Assembly: GCA_028534125.1 (NCBI GenBank)
Contig: CM052816.1
Span: 32,056,001-32,120,000, forward strand
DNA length: 64,000 nucleotides
Direction of reading: 5' to 3'
Source: Lama glama
Taxonomy: Eukaryota
Numbering within the stretch: the stretch's first letter is position 1; every line of letters begins with the position of its first letter. The position numbers and the translations under genes are program-made. This document shows, one piece after another, positions 63,972 through 64,000 of the stretch. Below the pieces are notes generated by a model. It had not been told where the DNA came from, did no database searches, and saw only the letters and a program-made list of their open reading frames with translations.

Positions 63972-64000
63972 TATAAGACTGACTTGATTAGGAAGTCTCA
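63972..64000 (+). other. Candidate exon start, running off the window
   Basis: Strong acceptor tttgtgacttctttctttctttccag|TATAAG. Confidence 0.45.

Noticed and set aside
1..64000. CRISPR arrays, operons, rRNA/tRNA genes, known miRNA hairpins
   Set aside because: This is mammalian DNA with no repeat-spacer array. The only tRNA-like sequence is SINE-derived, and I recognised no mature miRNA.

Overview
Mammalian genomic DNA, most likely camelid (a Vic-1-like tRNA-derived SINE plus young artiodactyl-type L1 3' ends), with two 500-N scaffold gaps. It is rich in repeats (L1, L2, L3/CR1, MIR, MaLR/ERVL LTRs, hAT MERs) and I see no intact protein-coding gene; the supplied ORFs are L1 fragments, N-gap artefacts or chance. 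The main signal lies on the minus strand at about 774-15805, possibly extending to about 23.5 kb and probably continuing off the left edge. It is a chain of about 17 small exons with mostly canonical AG/GT sites and largely compatible phases. Spliced together they give a decayed reading frame with about 10 in-frame stops, a few frameshifts and one mutated acceptor. By eye and from memory, it aligns colinearly with the NACHT ATPase region of NWD1/NWD2 (NACHT+WD40 STAND proteins). I interpret it as an intron-containing pseudogene of a possible additional NWD paralogue; this family call needs an HMM or BLAST check. At the right end, a TATA box and three exon-like segments on the plus strand suggest the non-coding 5' end of a gene or lncRNA running off the right edge.
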